From assembly GCA_028534125.1 (NCBI GenBank), contig CM052831.1, positions 22,196,001 to 22,260,000 of the forward strand: 64,000 nucleotides of DNA, written 5' to 3'. Of the stretch, positions 48,205 to 60,949 are shown in pieces. A model generated the notes under the pieces. The model ran no database searches. It was not told where the DNA came from and worked only from the letters and a program-made list of their open reading frames with translations. Each line of letters begins with the position of its first letter. The first letter of the stretch is position 1. The stretch is from Lama glama (Eukaryota). The position numbers were made by a program, and so were the translations under genes.

Positions 48205-51200
48205 ACAGATGGACGGGCCACTGCGGGAAGGGTCCACTCTCAGGAGATCTAGCCCCAGAGTCACTCACCCGCTGCTGTGCAATGGTCACTGCTATGTCCC
48301 TCAACTGGTGGGTTTGCATGGCAGGGACCAGGGGGTGCTGCTTTTCCAGAAGCCCTGCCAGCTCCACCTTGCCCCTCTATAGGGGTGACTACCTCCTTCC
48401 TTGGCAGGGAACTGTGGGTCAGTCCCTGACCTCCTGAGTCTCAAGTACCCATCCTCAAATGCCATCTTCTCCAATGGTTGGACATGGTTTCAGACTTTGA
48501 TCTTCCTGCCCTGCCCTGGAGGCCACCATGTCTACCTATTTCGTGGGAGAGGAACAAAGGGCTGAGCTATGACCCCACCCTGGGCTCCTGCCCCTCCTGT
48601 GTTGGGGGGTGTCTTTTGCCCTATATGGGCTGGAAGGGAGGCCAGCCTTGCTCTTGTTGAAATGGGGAGAGACCACATCCCTGCAAGAGTTTGGGGGATG
48701 GGGACAGATTCTCTGCCCATCTCTAGCGGCCTGGAAGCTTAGGGCTTGGGCAGATAGGCTGCTCAGGGCACCCTGGCCCAGGCCCATGACTACGGGCACA
48801 GGGTCTGAGGGGCATGGCAGGCCTGGGCTACCCCCTCCCCTGTGCCTTCATGTTGGCAGCACTGAGGCTGGGAGGAATGCTTCACTAGCTGCAGACATGA
48901 AAGCCCTGTGTGAATGGGTGGCAGAATGGGCCTTTCACATGGCCAGCCAGCCAGAATGGAGGGCGACAGGCATCCAGATGGGGTGGCTGGAACTAACCAC
49001 TCCCCACCTGCCCCCAGCTGGCTTCTTGGGCCCCAGGATATCCCTCTGGTCTACAAGGCCAGGAGCTCCAAGCTGCTGCCAAGAGAAACAAAGTCACAAG
49101 CATGGAAGGCATTAGAGAGAGGGCTAGGCCAGGCCTGAGGCTTCCCTTCTCCCCAGGCCTCCCCATTCCTCCCCTTCTCTGCCATTGGCCAACTGGCCTC
49201 GGCAGCTCTGCCCAGTGCTTTCTCTGATGAATAAAAATGGAGACAAATTAATTCTCCTTTCATCCACATGGTCAGTTTGACAGACAAGACCTTGAAAGCG
49301 CAGAGCTCAGGGAGGTGGAGTGAAAAGGAGTTCCAGGGGATTGAGGACCAGTCACCCATGAGTGCTTGCCCTCATCCCAGCCCCCAGCCCAATCCCACTC
49401 CCATCTGTATTCATATGGAGCTTCCTGAATGGGATTTCCTCCCTCTTTCAGTTTTTCTACCACTTTCTATCTATTCTCAGGCTTCACCTCCTCAGGAAGC
49501 CCTCCCTGATTGCTTCAGTCCACAGAACACACTCACATTCCTCTCCTCAGGGGACCATAGCGAGTACTCTTGGCAGGCAACCATGCAATGGTCACTGCTG
49601 TAGCCCCCAACTGAAGGATGGGTGTGAGCGGTGGGGACCAGGGGTGCTGCTTTTCCCAGCAGTCCTGTTAGTCCATCAGTCCTGAAAGGACCCATAGGAA
49701 ATCTCTAGAAGACAGAGCAACCCATACCAGCCCATCACCCTGAAGATGGTGGCCACTGACAGCCACCCAGCTACATGTGACCACACTTCACACCCTAGCC
49801 TACCTCCTCCCTCTGACCTGCAATTCCAGACCACGCCAGCAAACTGGGTCTAGGATGCTAAGGCTCAGCTCTCTAAGAGCAGCGACCAGGAAGGGTCCCC
49901 ACCAGCCCCAACCTGCCTGGACTGATGCTCCAGGTAGCAAGCCCCAAAACAGTGATATCTTCCACAGGACATTTCTGTGGGGCCCTGAGCTGCTGCAGAG
50001 AGAGTTTATCATAATTAGGGTCTGAGCACCTCTGATTTTCCCTCCGTCCCAAGCAGCTCAGTGAACATTGCTGAGTGATCTCTTGGCAGAGTGGGTGGCC
50101 TCGTCATTTCAGCCCTGCCACCCACGAAGTACCCTCACCCCACCCACTCCAGGGAGCCTGAGTTCGCTGAGTCTGGGGACCAGACTACCATTCTGACCTC
50201 TTGCCCACCTCTAGAAAGGTCCATGAACAGGACAGGAGGCCCTGGTTCTGCCGCCAACTCACTGGGAGAGTCTGTTCCCTTGAGGGGCCTCAGTTTTTCC
50301 ATCTGCACAATGGGGAACACAAAACTTGCCCAGCCCTGCACCAGGGCCTCCTATATAGAATGGTCTGAGGGACACGAGGACTGTTACCCCACCCCAAATA
50401 CCTCCATTCTTGGCAAAAGCTTTGCCCTTGCCAGACTTCTGGGAGGAATTGTGTAAGAAATGCTAGACAGGTCAGTAAGGACGGTTTGTTCAAGAATGGA
50501 GGGTTCCTCATTATCAGAGAGGTGGGGCCGCAGTCAGCAGTGAAGGCTGGGAGTGTTTAGACAGCCAGGGTGGCAGCTGGAGCAGGCAGTCTCCCTGGCA
50601 ATCTGCTCCCACACTCCAGGTTGGCAAGCTGAGATGGCAAGAGGAGAGGGGCTTTACTCAAGGTCACAGCAGAGAAGGATGGGAAGCTGGGGCTGTTCTG
50701 CAGGCTAGGAGATGCTAGAATGTGAGCCACAAGACAAAGACCAGTGGCCGGGGAATCTCCTTCCTTTCCAAGATGGGGAGGGGAATCCTCCTGGGCCTCC
50801 CACTCCTCCTGCCTCCTTGTCCCTCCTCCATCCCACTATCCAGTGGTGCGTATCAGAGAGCCTGATGCTGCTAGTTCTTAACATCTCAGTGTCTTCACCT
50901 GAACTGGACTGTTGGAACACCAGGGTCCCCCAGACCATCATCTGGCAGCATTTACTGTTTCCGTAGGGGGTCCCTGCCCCAGTGTCCTCTTTCCCTGATA
51001 CTCCTGATAGGCCACTCAAGAACCTGGCACCGATGAGTCCCTTGCCCAGTTCCCCTATACCCAGAGGGCCTCTTGGAAATGTCATCTCTGCCTCTAAGCA
51101 GTGACTTTTAAGTGTGCAGAAGGCGTTCAGGTCTCCAAGTGGTCTAAAAGGTAGCCCTGAGAGTGTGACCCAGGACACCCCCTTCCCTCTCCAACTTAGC

Positions 51201-51751
51201 TGTCCACCCTGAGCCAGCTCTGGTGACATCCTGGCTCTAGATCTTCCAAGCAGAAGGAGGCCCTGAGGGCAGGAATAGTTGCTTCCACTTTACAGGTGAG
51301 GAGAATGAGGTCCTGGAGTGGGGGCCTTGTCATGGGCACACACACTACTGGTTGGGCAGAGCTGATTTGGCAGCTAGATCCTCTGCCCTTGCCCAGGGCC
51401 CTCCCTGCTACCCATCCTGGTTCTATAGCCCCTCTTGGCTGGCCCTCAGAGCAGGCAGCTGGGCCTGGGACTAAACAGGGAGTGCCTTGGGGAGGGCGCC
51501 TGAGCTGGGGAGCAGGTGTGGTGGGGGGGCAGCAGGTGCAGGATAATGGGGCCACCAGGGGAGGCCCAGGGAGCAGGTGCTGCCATGGAGGGGGTGAGGT
51601 TGTCATTGTTCGCCCAGCTCTGGTGGGCCCCGAGCAGGAGGGGCATCCCTGTGAGCCCCTGGGCCACCCTGGCTCATGCTCAGAGGTCGTCCAGATGCCT
51701 GGGCTCAGGCACACAGCCAAGGCCCTCCCCTGGGTCCCAGCAACCCGCCAG

Positions 51752-51765
51752 GTTGCCATGACAAC
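51752..51765. promoter_or_regulatory. RFX X-box
   Basis: GTTGCCATGACAAC, 13/14 match to GTTGCCATGGCAAC. Confidence 0.55.
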
Positions 51766-54700
51766 CAGCACTTTCATCCCTGTCCCTTTGTCTGGTCACG
51801 GTCCAGCTTTTGTGACCAAGCCTTAATTGGGGGGTGGGGAAAAGGGGGCCTTGCCTCCGGACACACTCAGCTGGGGTGGAGCTGTGAACCCAAGGCAGAG
51901 GGGCCTGGAGGGCAGGTTAAAGAAACCTAGAAAAGCTGTGTTTTGCTGGCCATCCACCCCTGCAGCCTCCTCTCTTGGCTGCTGAGCATACCCTCAGAGC
52001 TGGGTCTACAGGCCTGGGAGAGATCTGTAACTCAGGCTCTTTTGTCCCCTCCCTGTGCCTCATTTTCCCACCTGTGAATGATCACTCCTCCCCTCTGCTG
52101 CACTGTGGCTCTGGGAGGCAAAGGAGCATGGCTGAACTAGAGTGTGTTAACTCCCCTGTACAACTGGGGAAACTGAGGCACAGAGACAAGCTGGGCCTTG
52201 GCCTGGATCATGCCATGGTGAGAGAGAGGCAGAGCTGAGCCCACCCAGGACCCAGGACCTCAAGCCATCAGGCCCCAAATCAAACAGCAAATTGAGCCCA
52301 CAGTCATCCCTCCTCCAGACACCCCCATGGTAAGGAGCCTAGCCACAGGGACTGGGCAGGAGTGGAAGCAGGCTGTGGTGGCCCCACCAGCTGTGTGACT
52401 GTGTGCAAGTTCCTTCTCTTGGAACCTAGTCTGTAAAATCAAGGTAAGTCTAGAGTAATGGGGAGCCCTCCCACCCACAGCTGGGGTGAGAATGAAGTCA
52501 GGCACCCTCTGCACAAAGCTGACTCCCTGCCAACCTCACAAACACCTCACATCCTCCACTCCCCTGCATCACCGCAGCACACCTAGAGGACTCGGCATTC
52601 CCACATGGCCACCTTGCCACCCTGCTCTGAGCCTTGGCACCTGTGGTCCCTCCCCTGTGGCACTCTCCCTGCTCACACTGGAATCCGGAAGTCCCGAGTC
52701 ACCAGGAGTTGGAGAGCATGACCGCTGATGTCTTAATCCTATAGAAATCCTCTAGAGACAAGCTCTGATGTTCAACCCTGAAGCAGAAGCAGAGTGTGCT
52801 CCTGGGATGTGGATGAGGCTCTGGGGATGGGACAGCACAGAGGATGGGAGCAGGACAGCTTCAGAGAGTAGGCTGCAGTACCTCTTCTCCTTCCTTCCTG
52901 GGCTGGCCCTTCTGATCTTTGAGGGGAGTCAGGGGTTCCTGCAAGACTCTGTCCTAGGCTCACCACCCCAGTCTCTTGGGAGGAGTCTGGGCACCTCGAC
53001 AATGATCAGCACAACCTCGAGGATTTTGAGTGAGCTCTGCAGGGTCTGCCACCTTCTATGGGATCCAGGGCTCTGCAAGCCCCTCAGGCTCAGGACAGAC
53101 CCTCACCACCAGGTCTGGTGGGTCTGGTGGTGTGCCCGAGACCCCTCCAGGCAGACACCTCAGTCAGGGTGGGTCTGTGTCCTGCCTTCTCAGCCACCAC
53201 TGGTCCCCCTGATTGAGAGACCTGAGGAGCAGAGGGCCACTGGGGAGGAGCTTGGGCTCCCCTGCAGTGAACACTGAGCAGAGAAACGATTCAGTACAGC
53301 AGGGTTGGCCCCACATCTCAAAACGGCTCAACCATCTCAAGAAAATGTCACTTCCTCTTCCCATGCACACCCTCCTCTGGTATTAGCTCTGCACCTGCGC
53401 TGGAGGTGAGAGGGGATGGCAGCAGGGTCTGTGACCTGAGGCCATCAGGTGAGTTCCAGGGCCTGGGCTGAAGCTGTGCCACTGGGCAGTCCACGCCAGG
53501 ATGAGGACAGTGTCCACCTCTGTCGTTACTCATTGTTAGGGGTTAGGAACCTATCATGAAGGAATTAGTATGTGTTGTGAGGTTTACACACATCATGTCA
53601 TGTAATCCTCACACCAGTCCATCAGAATGGAAACAGAATCCCTGTCCAAAGCACATGAGTCCCTAAGGTGTCAATCCCAGCCCCACCCCAGCCCTGGAGG
53701 GTGCAGAGAAGGTAACACCTCTTAGGTAGGGGTTGAAGGATGGAGGGGGACACACCACCCAGAACCATCCTCCTGCTGCCCCATCTTCAGGAGTGGCTTC
53801 CACTTTCCAAGGTATGTTTCTAGTGAGAAGGTTCAGAGGACCAGGGACAGGGCACAGGTGGAAACACAAGACTGAGAGTGAATACCCCGAATTTTGCGTC
53901 CCAGGCACCTCACGTGCATCGTCCTAGTCCCAGCCCTGTGGGGACATTTCAGAGCACAGCTCCACTCCCAAAAGCCCCTCCCTAGGCAGCTGACAGCCCT
54001 TCTTTCCCCACTCCTAACCCCCAACCAGTGCACCCAGTCCCATCAGTTCTACTCTTAAATATCCCTTAAATTCATCGACTTCTCTCCAGATCCACAGCCA
54101 CAGTCCTGGTCACCTTCTCCTTGGCCTCCCAGCCATCAGCCAGCAGTTACCAGTTCCTCCTACCCAGCAGCCCTGCTTAGACCCCTCCATTTGGCCCATC
54201 TCGGTCCTCCCTAGTCCAGCCCCACCTTCTCCCCACTCGGCACCCGGTGCTGCCTTCTGGTCAGAGGGAGGCCCTTTTAGTTCCCACACACACCCAGTGC
54301 CTGCCCGCTCCTCACCTGGATCATGTTCACTGCAGCTCAGACATCTTTCGTCCCAGGTTTGGGTTAAGCATTCCTGTGCTCCCATAGCCACAACACAAGT
54401 GTGTGGCCATGAGCATTAATGTGTCTGCCTCCTCAGAGAGACCAAAGGCGCCATGGGGAAGCGTCCAAACTGTCTCGAGATCCTTGTGTCCCCAGCCCCG
54501 GCTGCTGCCTTGCAGAGAAGAGATGCCCAGTGAGCAACAGTTGAATGGGTGAATGAATGAGAGTGTGGCCAAGGCTAGGAGGGCTGTCCTACATAGGCAG
54601 GTCCTCCAGGTCAGCTGGGTGTAGAAGCTGAGGCAGGAAGTGGGCTAGGGGAGATGCCCAGGGCAGGAGACTGAACCAGCAGGTCCTCTGTGGAGGCCCC

Positions 54701-55229
54701 AGATTTGTGTGGCCCCAGTCCTGCCCTGAACTGCAAAGACGGGGCATCTCTAAGAGCCGCGTATCTGCCAGAAAGGGACAGGAATGGGGGCTTCAAGCCA
54801 AATGGAGAGGGTGATTTAGGTGGATTCCTAGAGGTCTCACCACTGCCTCTGAGTCACGTATTACCTTTCAGCAAAGCTACTTGACAGTCTTCCTGGGGAC
54901 CACCATGGTATGAGGGAATCCAAAGGACCAGCCACTGTGCACCCACTCTGCTCAGCCAAGGGAAGGATGCCTGTTGGTGGCTTTGTACAATCCCGCCCCC
55001 GATCCCTGTGTAGAAAGCAAGCAAATTTGCAAGTGCAGGTTTCCCTGGGCTTGGCTGACCTTGAACCTCTCTGGCTACTGCTCTATGTGGGTGGTCCCCA
55101 GTCAGCCCGGCTGCTTTGTATCCCTCCCAGCTCAGTAGCAGCCCCCTGAACTCCCTGGCGGGCTTCCAGGCCTCGGAGGAAGCCACTGCCTTTGCCACCA
55201 TCATTACTGCTGCCACCATTGCTGCTGCA

Positions 55230-55370
55230 AAAACGCAATTACAGCGAACAGCCGCTGCCTCACTTGAGCCTCACCAGCCACACCTGGAACTAATTAACTT
55301 AATTAGGCCTTAATGAGCTACACTGGTCGGAAGGCCTATTTTTACTTAATTATCCCCTAATGTGCTTGGC
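55230..55370. promoter_or_regulatory. Candidate homeodomain-site enhancer
   Basis: CTAATTAACTTAATTAG palindrome plus TTAATGA, TTAATTA and CTAATG. Confidence 0.5.
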
Positions 55371-57399
55371 ATGGAGGATCGCGGTATCAGGAGGATGGCT
55401 TTAGTGGTGGCAGCCGCTACCTCTTCTCCCTGCAGAAGGGATGCCCAGGAGTGATGCCTGTCTGCTGGGAGTGGGCCCCAAAGAGCAGAGAGTCTGGGGG
55501 AGGTAGGGCCACAGACCACACCTGTGGGGACAGCGCCCCTCCTGCAGCCCCATCCTTCTGGCTGCCCTGCCTCAGCTGGGGCTGAAGCCATCCCAGCCCC
55601 GCCTCAGCCCAAGCAATCGTCCTGTTCAGATCTTCTGCATCACACCTGCATGACACTGTTCTCGCTCTCCTGTCTCCCTCAACTAGAGTAGAAGTTCCAC
55701 CAGGGCAAAGATTTCATCTGTCTTGGTCCTGACTGAATCCCTAGCCTAGAACACCATCTGCCTGGCACACAGTAGGGACTTCTTGTTGAATGGATATTGG
55801 GAGATTGCCTTGACTCTTGCACAAACAGCCAGCCCCTCCCTCGAGTTCCCCAGAGTCCCCAAACACCTCACACCTGAGACTGACATCCCCACATCCCACT
55901 CTGGCCTCCCAGAGTACCACTGTGAGCAGAAGCTGAAGTACATCCTCTGTGGACTGAAATCCCTGCATGTCCCAGGCCCTGCAGGTGCTATGTCTCCTGA
56001 CCAGTGAGGAAGAGTTGGAACCTCTCCCTGTTTGAAGCTGGCTCTCCCTGGCCTTGTCTCTGCCTACCTTTTGGAGGATACTCCTTGGGCCTGGGTCTAT
56101 CTGAACCCTGAGGCCAGGAGCCCCTAGAGGTGGTGACCCTCATCTCTGCCTGCCCGATGCTCCCCATCTAGCCCCAGTAGCCAGGCCCAAGGCGCTTGGC
56201 CCATAGTCCGTGATGAGCAAACAAGTAGGCCTCACCATGACCGTATGGCTCTAGACCTAGGGAGGGGCTTGGATGAGCGCAGAGTCCAGCCAGCTAGGGG
56301 TATTGCCTATAAGATGGGGCCCCAGTAAGTGGGAAGGTCTGGGATGGCCCCCAGAGCCCAGGCCTCCCTGACAGGATTCTCCAGTTCAGTAATGAGAGAG
56401 TCCCACTGGAATTGCCAGTCAGAGCTGTCTCCCTAGGGGAACTGACCCCCTGGCAGGGCATGGGTGGGACATAAAGAGGGGGACAACTATGACAACACAA
56501 TCTGGAGGGAGGGGAGACAGATGTCATGTGTTTTGGGTCCCACCTCCCTAAGGAATCTGGACAGTCCCAGGATTTTAGACTCTCCTTTCAGGCAGGGAAA
56601 CTTGAGGCCTGAAGGAGAGCATCTGTCCAGTCAACCCAGCCAGGCAGGGAGTGGAGTTGCTGGGGCCTGACTTCGGCTCTAACACCACCCCTTGGAGGCC
56701 CTGGAGCCTTGGCTTCCCCTTGCGCACAGTGGTGGCACCGACTCCCATCCTCCCTCACTTCCCTGCCCACCTGCCCAGGAAATGTGTGAGGCTCACTGAG
56801 AGGAAGGCTGTGGATGGTCTCGGTACGGTCAGGGCCCTGCCTCCTGGCCTTGTGGAAGGCAGGGGGTGGGGAGGGCAGAGGAGGCTGAGGGAACAGGACT
56901 CTGGGATTCCCTGCCCCCTCCCAGGGAAAGGAGCAATAGGCAGGAGACCTTCCTGAAGCTGGAGGTGAGGTACCTGGGCTTGAGGAGTGTCTAGCCACAT
57001 TGGGCTGCCTCTTGGGTCAGCACTGCCATGATCGGCTCTAACACCTCCCTTGTCTCAAGCCTCAGTTCCCCTCCGAGGACACTGAGGATAATAATCCAAG
57101 TCCTTCCAGTTTGTGGCCTTGAAGGGCCACTGTGAGGGGCCAACAGGCCAGTGCCTCTCCTGAGCAGCAAAGCCCTGAAGAGAGAAGAGATAGTCTGCTA
57201 ATGTTGGCATTTCAGGCAGAGAACCTGGGGGCAGAGGGTCCTAGATTGTCCAGGCCCCCAATCTCAGCCACCCCAGCCAAGCCCTGGTTGTGGGAGACGG
57301 CAATACCCGTCTGTGACGGAAGAGGCTTGGTCAGGGACGCCAGCAGCCCCGGAAACTGCCTTTCTGTCCCCACTGACTCTCCTTCGTAGATAGTCTGTT

Positions 57400-57640
57400 G
57401 GTTGCTGGCAGCCACCCCACACACAGCGGCCGCTGCCTGGCAGCCTCCCTCCCAAGCAGAGGCAGCTGCTGCGGCCTCCATGCTGGAACCAAAATTGAAT
57501 GAGCATTTTCACAATGTCGCTCCCGCTGACGGCTCCTAATTGCATGTTGAAGCCATTCGATAGAGCCCAACTTATACTAATTATGTCATTACTCTAATTA
57601 AGTAAATACTGTATGTGCTAATTGGCTGAAATCTCTTCAA
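57400..57640. promoter_or_regulatory. Candidate homeodomain/SOX/forkhead enhancer
   Basis: Four CTAATT(A/G) sites, ACAAT, GTAAATA and retained CpGs in non-repeat sequence. Confidence 0.55.
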
Positions 57641-58325
57641 GGGGAGGGCAGGGGAGGAGGAGGCCCATGTCCCCTGGGCTTTCACATGGATGGGCTGGTG
57701 GGCAGCAAATTTGAAGCAGCGGGGCATCCCTCCCTCAGTTCAGCAGGTCATGCAGTCACCCAAGTGGGGTTCTGGGAGAACCCTCAACCACTGCCCTGGT
57801 CAGTCTTGCCCATGCTCCTGGGAAGAAGCAGAATGGGCTAGACAGGTGGTCAGAGACCCCACCTGGGGGCCTGCCTTTGCCCTGACAAGGCTGGTGGTCT
57901 TGAACAACCTTCTTCCTCTTTTCAGCGGGTCACCTTGCCCACCCCCAACCTCAACCAGCCCAGAGCCTATGGAATCTCAAATATACAGGGCACAGGGGCA
58001 TCAGAGGGACTCAACATCCAGATAGGACTAACCAAGCCACCGTCATCCATCTATGCGATGTCAGTTACCAGTTACATGCTTGGCCTGGGGCAGCAGGAGG
58101 GAGAAAGGTGGATGACCAAACAAAGTCCTAGGTTCAGGGAACAGCAGCAGTGTGAGCCAGCAAAGGAATAAACATGGCTGGCACCTGAGGTAGAAGGCAG
58201 TCTAAATCTGGAAGGCTTCCTGGAGGAGGAAGATATCACCTATGAGAGAGAGAGATAGGAAGTTGGGGTGTCAGAGCTCAGATCATCTTTCAAAGTGTGA
58301 TTTTTTTTTAATGCCAGACTTCCTA

Positions 58326-58414
58326 TTTTTTTTTTTTAATGGAGGTACTGGGGATTGAACCCAGGACCTCAAGCATACTTAGCATGCGCTCTACCACTGA
58401 GCTACACCCCACCC
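58326..58414 (-). mobile_element. Camelid tRNA-derived SINE (Vic-1-like)
   Basis: Poly-T then GGAGGTACTGGGGATTGAACCCAGGACCTC..CTCTACCACTGAGCTACACCCC; TSD AATGCCAGACTTCCTA 58310-58325 / AATTCCAGACTTCTTA 58415-58430. Confidence 0.88.
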
Positions 58415-59149
58415 AATTCCAGACTTCTTAATCATAACCTTCAGGTGGCAGTTGGGAGGGATAAGAAAGCAGTCACCTGAAGGAGGGCCCCCAGATGGGA
58501 CTCCAATCCATTTGGGGGCACTAGGGGACACAGAAGGAATGCCAGCCCTGTGTCAGGGACAATTGTTTCAGCCTCATTATGACCAGAGCCCTCATCTTGC
58601 CCTCTCTAAGCTGATCACCATGGACTAGCTGTCAAGCGGGCCTCCATCCCTGCCCTCTCAGTAGGGAGGATCCCAAAGGCAAGAGTTTGATGCCTCAGCA
58701 CTGGGGCTGGGCCTACAAGCAGCTGGGTCTTCTGAGCCACTCAGGGCCAGGCAGTGCCCAGTCTCTTGAGCAGGCCCAGGTGCCGCAGTGTGGACATCCC
58801 TGTTCTCCCAGCTCTACCCCGCCCCACCCCGCCTGCTGCCACCTCCATAGACATATGCTGCAGCTCCACACCCGGAAAACACCACATGCTCGCTTTGGTG
58901 GGCAACTGCGCCCTGCCTCTCAGGCTGTAGGAGAGATATAACGAGGACTCGGGGCCTTGCCCTGGATTGGCCCAGCTCCCAAGAGGGCCTCGGCCAAGCC
59001 CCTCCAGTCCCCAGGCCTCAAGGCTCCCAATAGATGATGTCCACTCTTTCACTGCCTGTCCCAGGCCCTCATTCATTCCACACAACATGGTCTGGACTCC
59101 CCTAGGCTAGCTCCAGGAGACAGAAACAGATAAGAAATCATTCTTTTAG

Positions 59150-59355
59150 CCATAACACTCGTAACTTCCTCTCAAATGGCTCAGGAAAAATGTTACGGAT
59201 GCACACACACAGAACAAATACATATCTAGGGAAGGGAAGCAAGTGAGGCAAAATTAATAACAGTTGATAATGGCTAGAGGGTATCTGAGTGTGTTACACT
59301 ATTCTTATTCTGACAACTCTTCTGTGAGTTTGCACTTATTTATAAATAAGTAAAA
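59150..59355 (+). mobile_element. Ancient L1 3' UTR fragment
   Basis: CAAATGGCTCAGGAAAAA...GGCAAAATTAATAACAGTTG...ACTATTCTTATTCTGACAACTCTTCTG. Confidence 0.6.
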
Positions 59356-60689
59356 GGAAGGAAGGGAGGAAGGAATGTCCCTTTCTTTTATGGGATTCCA
59401 GGCTACTAGAAGAGGCAGCTAGACCAGGGCAGCCGAGTTGATATGTCCCTCCTTGGTGGGGCCAGGAGGGCTTCCCCAAGGAGGTGAAGGGAATTTGGCT
59501 AAGAATCTAAGGGTATCTAGCTCTTCTGACCCTTCTGTGCAGGGTGGGATGGGGGCTGACTCTGCCCCATTCCCTGTCACAGCTTTAGGCAAGCTCCCTC
59601 CCCCTTTCCTGCTCTCCAGAAAATGTTGGTTCTCTGGACTTTCTATAAGGAGTCTTCAGTGGGACCACAGGGGGAACTGCCCTTGGACAGAAGATTTAGG
59701 AGGGCCTCCTGTGCCTCTGAGCAAGAGAGGAGACTGGAGCAGCCCCAGGCGCTGTGCCTAGGGCTAGAGAGGGATGGGACAGCTCTAGTCAAGGCCACCC
59801 TGCCTCCCCTGCCCCCATAGCAATAACAGACTGGTGCCCCTGCAGCCCAAGTTGACTTCCCTGGTGCCCTTGCCTGTCACAGCAGCACTGGCAGCAGGAG
59901 GGTAGCAGCAGGGAAGTGGTTCATTATTCTATCCTTCATTAGGTCTGCATTAGGCAGCCCAAGAACCATGTGGTGTGGAAAGGGAGGCTTCTGCTTTAGA
60001 CAGGCCTGTTAAGGGGCTGCAGCTCTGGACCCGCCCTTTGCAGCCTCCTTCCCACCTCACCCTCTCCCCTGCTTCCGCACTCCCTTTATCCTTATTCCTC
60101 CCCCTCCCCATCATGCCTACCATCTTCCCCATTTCCTTTGGGGACCCCAGTACTCTTCCCTAAAAGGGGACTTCCTCTATGTAGTTCTCAGTCCAGGCTT
60201 TGGATCTCATCAACCATCCCCTCCCCCAGAGACAGTGACACCAGCATCCTGACATGTGGTCAGTCACAGCAGAATGAAGGGGACCCCTGCCCACTCTCAC
60301 GCCTCATCCCCTCTCCTTGACCTCAGACTGCCACTTCAGGGCCTGGACCACCTCAGAGTGGATCTGTCCTCCATTCAGGAGACTGTCCAGGACGCTCCAG
60401 ACTGCGGCACCCAGGGGTCAGCAGGGGCCAGTTCCTCCATTCGGACACCTTTGTTCTTCTCCCGCCTTTGTCCCTGGCCCATCCTCCCAGCCAGCCCACA
60501 GCCCAGCGCCTTACCCCTCGCCTGGCTGCTCACCTCTCCCTCCCGTTCCCCTTCGTCGCCTTTTGCCCACTCAAGTAGTGAAGCCTGGCATGGGACAGGG
60601 GTGGGGCCCCTCGGCCCACCAGCCCAGCCCCTGCAGCCCTCCTCTCACACCGCTCCCTCTCCTACCCACACCCCTCTCACTTGCCCGCG

Positions 60690-60949
60690 TCCCGCCCCTC
60701 TAACAATCTCTTCTCTCTTGGTCTAGCCCCCTCACCTCCTTTGCCCCCTCCCCATTTCCTCTTCCCTCTTTCCTTGGCCCATCAGTCCCTGGAAGTCAGG
60801 CTCTCTCTCTACACGGTCTCCTCCCCTCCCCTCTTCTCTCTCATCCTCTCCCTTCTCTTCCCCCTCTAGTCTCCACTCCTTCGCCTGTTCACTCACCCTC
60901 TCTCCCTCTCCCGCTGCCCCCCTCTCTCTCCCCCACCTCTTTGTTTCAG
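60690..60949 (+). repeat. Pyrimidine-rich (CT) tract
   Basis: About 260 nt dominated by C/T on the + strand. Confidence 0.8.

Noticed and set aside
55528-55537. GGACAGCGCC, REST/RE1 right half-site
   Set aside because: No TTCAGCACC left half at the proper spacing; an isolated half-site is weak evidence
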